Part shown: piece by piece, positions 61,063 to 64,000 of the stretch
How positions within the stretch are numbered: position 1 is the first letter of the stretch
Layout of the letters: each line of letters begins with the position of its first letter
NCBI GenBank assembly: GCA_048128005.1
Contig: JBEUKZ010000065.1
Span: 372,001 to 436,000 of the forward strand
Reading direction: 5' to 3'
Length of the DNA: 64,000 nt
DNA from: Veleropilina oligotropha
Taxonomy: Eukaryota
Position numbers and translations under genes: made by a program
The notes under the pieces: generated by a model
What the model saw: only the letters and a program-made list of their open reading frames with translations
Told to the model about the DNA's origin: nothing
Database searches by the model: none

Positions 61063-61930
61063 TCAGTAACTGATTGATTTTATTTCATGAAAATCATAAG
61101 ATTATATTGGCACTATATAAGTTAACATTATGAGATATTGTCACATGCAATAAACATGTTTTACTTACAAATGCTCTTTCTTGCTATACACACTTGTACA
61201 TTTATATATTTATTACAAATGAGGCCGTAAATTTATATTCATAAAATAAAACTTTAGAAATAATGGGTGGTATCGCTCATTAAATTTACGTATGGACAGA
61301 AAATATTTACCAAAGTTAAATAGATATTTGTAACCTACAAGACGGGATTCACCGTGCTGGTGCATTTATCATTAAGTAGTCAATAGTTGTTTCCCTTCCA
61401 TTACCAGGAGAACGTTTATTTCAATATAAAACGACTTTAAAATTGATTTGAATGGATTAGTTTAACGACATTTTGACAATGGTCTTCTATCGTTATTGAA
61501 AGAAGAGACACATTACGAAAGGTCTCTAATCGATCAGATGGCATTGCCAGATTTTAGGCGTGGGCATCTATCTAAACACTGATTTGATCAGACGGAGTCT
61601 TCCTATTAATTAAAGTGGGTTCATCGACGAAAAACGATGCGTTCAGAGTGATTTGGTCGTATCATTGAAGTAGCCTAAAGGTCCTGCCACGCAATTACCA
61701 TAAACCAGGTCGACGCCTCTTGCTTTATAATTTAAAGTTTATCGTATGTCACCGCCTAATACCCAGGTTTGTAAATTTATCAACTTGTGCATGCGACATT
61801 TCATTGACGTAATATAACTTGTTCTATTCTGTCCAATCTGTGATATGATACTTCGTTTGCTCACCAATTGGAAATCAGTTGATGTGGGTTCGCTGCGCCC
61901 ATAAAAATACATGAGCCTGTGATGGATTAT

Positions 61931-62117
61931 GCTACATGGTTTACAGTGCTACACGGTTTACAGTGCTACATGGTTTACAGTGCTACACGGTTTACAGTGC
62001 TACATGGTTTACAGTGCTACATGGTTTACAGTGCTACATGGCTTGCAGTGCTACACGGTTTACAGTGCTACATGGTTTACAGTGCTACACGGTTTACAGT
62101 GCTACACAGTTTACAGT
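61931..62117. repeat. 17-bp minisatellite, 11 copies
   Basis: Unit GCTACA(T/C)GGTTTACAGT. Confidence 0.95.
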
Positions 62118-62489
62118 TTGTATTGACAAGGAACATACTGCAAAAGTTCCATTGGAATCGAAGGAAATGAAAGGACTAATAAAGCACTAAAGTCAGTTTT
62201 ACATATTATCCAACCTAAAAATTTCAAAATTCCGTTTTCAGATTTTAAGTTACATATAAATAAATACATTTAAACTACATGACAACGTTGTTGAAATACC
62301 CGACGGGGAATAAACTGCAGAATGTCCAGGATCTTCTTATTAGTGAGGTGGGCCCCTCACATGTCCCTGTGCTGTGTAAAGGTCGTCTTGGTCAAACCTA
62401 CTCCTATAACATATGAGACCGGGTTGACGTGCCTTTCATACCCTAGCTCATATATCCGAAGCACCTTTTATGACGAGCAGGTTCCCGAC

Positions 62490-62594
62490 TAGTCCGATAA
62501 ATCTGCCCCTAATTACAAGCTCAAAATTCTGACGGTCGATACACGCGACGGTCAGAATTTTGAGCTTGTAATTAGGGGCAGATTTATCGGACTA
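62490..62594. mobile_element. 105-bp hairpin MITE with a 9-bp target-site duplication (Mutator-like)
   Basis: ~45-bp perfect arms TAGTCCGATAAATC...GATTTATCGGACTA; GTTCCCGAC at 62481-62489 and 62595-62603. Confidence 0.85.
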
Positions 62595-62974
62595 GTTCCC
62601 GACGGATTCGTCTGGAACTGTTTTGGAGCAAATTACTAATTAAACATACAGTGAAACAAACAGTAAATACTTATATTGTATAAATATGCATGAATATATA
62701 CATACCTGTTAGTTTTTAGTGATTTTGTTGTCATAATGTATGATAAAACGCATTATTTGTCAATGTTTAACCGTCAAACGAAATGCTAACGTCACAAAAT
62801 GGCGACCGTCTTTTGTTTACATTGTAAAAGTTAAAACCGTCCGTTTTGTGTTCCAAAGTAACTTATCGGTGTTATTTGGTATAAATGAACATATAGTATT
62901 TAGTATTTTTCGCCACGGGCCGTGATTTTCACCATTAGAATATTCTGCTGCGAGAAATTTTAGCTCAGCCGTTA

Positions 62975-63600
62975 AGCCCAACGCACACGGCAGACAAAAA
63001 CTCGCAAACATTATGACGAACACTGTTTTCCTAAATTGTTCGTTCCATGTGCGGGTGTAAAAAACACGAAAACAGTTGTTCGCCGAACACGTTCGTCGTA
63101 TCGAACATGTTTAATATCGCGAACATTGTTTTCGCCGAAGATCGTTTCGTGACCGCCGTCTGCGGTGAAAGCGAAACAGTTTGTTTCATTCAACCAATCA
63201 GCCTGCGCGCAGCGATCACATGATTAACAAAATGGCTGCGCGAAATAGCGTGGGACAGGGAGAAAGGGGAAAAACTTATTGATTTATGGTCGCAAAAATA
63301 AATGTATGCAATATTATTCAGTATTTACGTACAGGTAGTACGTATCCCTCTCTTGTGTTTTGTAAATTGCTTAAGTTGAAGAGTCTTATTGTTTTTATTT
63401 GTAGTTTTATATTCTGTTTAATCAAATAAAATAATCACCAGTGAAAACTTATGCTTTATAAATAGCTAGGCTCTTATATCTTATGATATATTTATGACGC
63501 TGTAGAGAAAAATGTTCACCGTCTGCGGGTGGTAGGAACAAAAACACAGAACAATGTTTTTGTTTCAGCGAACAAAGAACACTGCCGTGTGCGTTGGGCT
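62975..63600. mobile_element. PIF/Harbinger-like MITE
   Basis: TIR AGCCCAACGCACACGGCAG / CTGCCGTGTGCGTTGGGCT with TTA duplicated on both sides. Confidence 0.8.
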
Positions 63601-64000
63601 TTAGAGTCTGATTAGGAACTATAGCAGGCTCTAACGTTGTTGGAGTAGGCCAAACCGAGAATTAGGCATTCTCACAACACTCACTTATACTTGCTTAAAG
63701 ATGTATTGCCCGTAATTATGACATAATGCCTTACTTACCTATATATGTAGATGCTATAAAAAGTTTTGATGATTCAAAGTGAAAGAATCTACATTGTTTG
63801 TTGTTTTATAATAAAAATCACTTCTGAAATCGGTGATCGTCGCTGAACCCTTTCGATCTTTCCGCCATTAAAATTACCAAGGATGCGTGCATTTCGTGGA
63901 ATTTCCAATTCGGAAATCGACGAATGAGACGACTCGTCCGTTTTCGAGTATACTTTTTATCGAAACATGTAGACGCTACGTCAAATACGAATAATTAATT

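Overview
AT-rich, repeat-dense eukaryotic DNA; a metazoan, probably a marine invertebrate, inferred from spliceosomal introns and Penelope, CR1/L2, RTE and Nin-type SINE elements. The main feature is a 16.2-kb GC-richer endogenous Polinton-like virus (11611-27769) with ~330-bp TIRs (AGCAGC...GCTGCT) and a CGTGT target-site duplication. It encodes an rve integrase, an A32-like packaging ATPase, a major capsid protein with one in-frame stop, a penton-like protein, several membrane proteins and a secreted Cys-rich protein. In place of a canonical pPolB it has a 1280-aa fusion of a divergent PolB-like domain, an SF1 helicase and an HNH-like domain; no adenain protease is recognisable. The virus splits a Penelope-like retroelement, which carries a hammerhead ribozyme, between its RT and GIY-YIG domains. 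The right half is a local segmental duplication of a 3-exon host gene encoding a secreted Trp-rich, KR-punctuated repeat protein: one intact copy (57289-61062) and one disrupted copy (33664-~35620). The copies are separated and interrupted by nested DNA transposons, LINE relics and minisatellites. Family assignments rest on motif recognition by eye; no searches were run.
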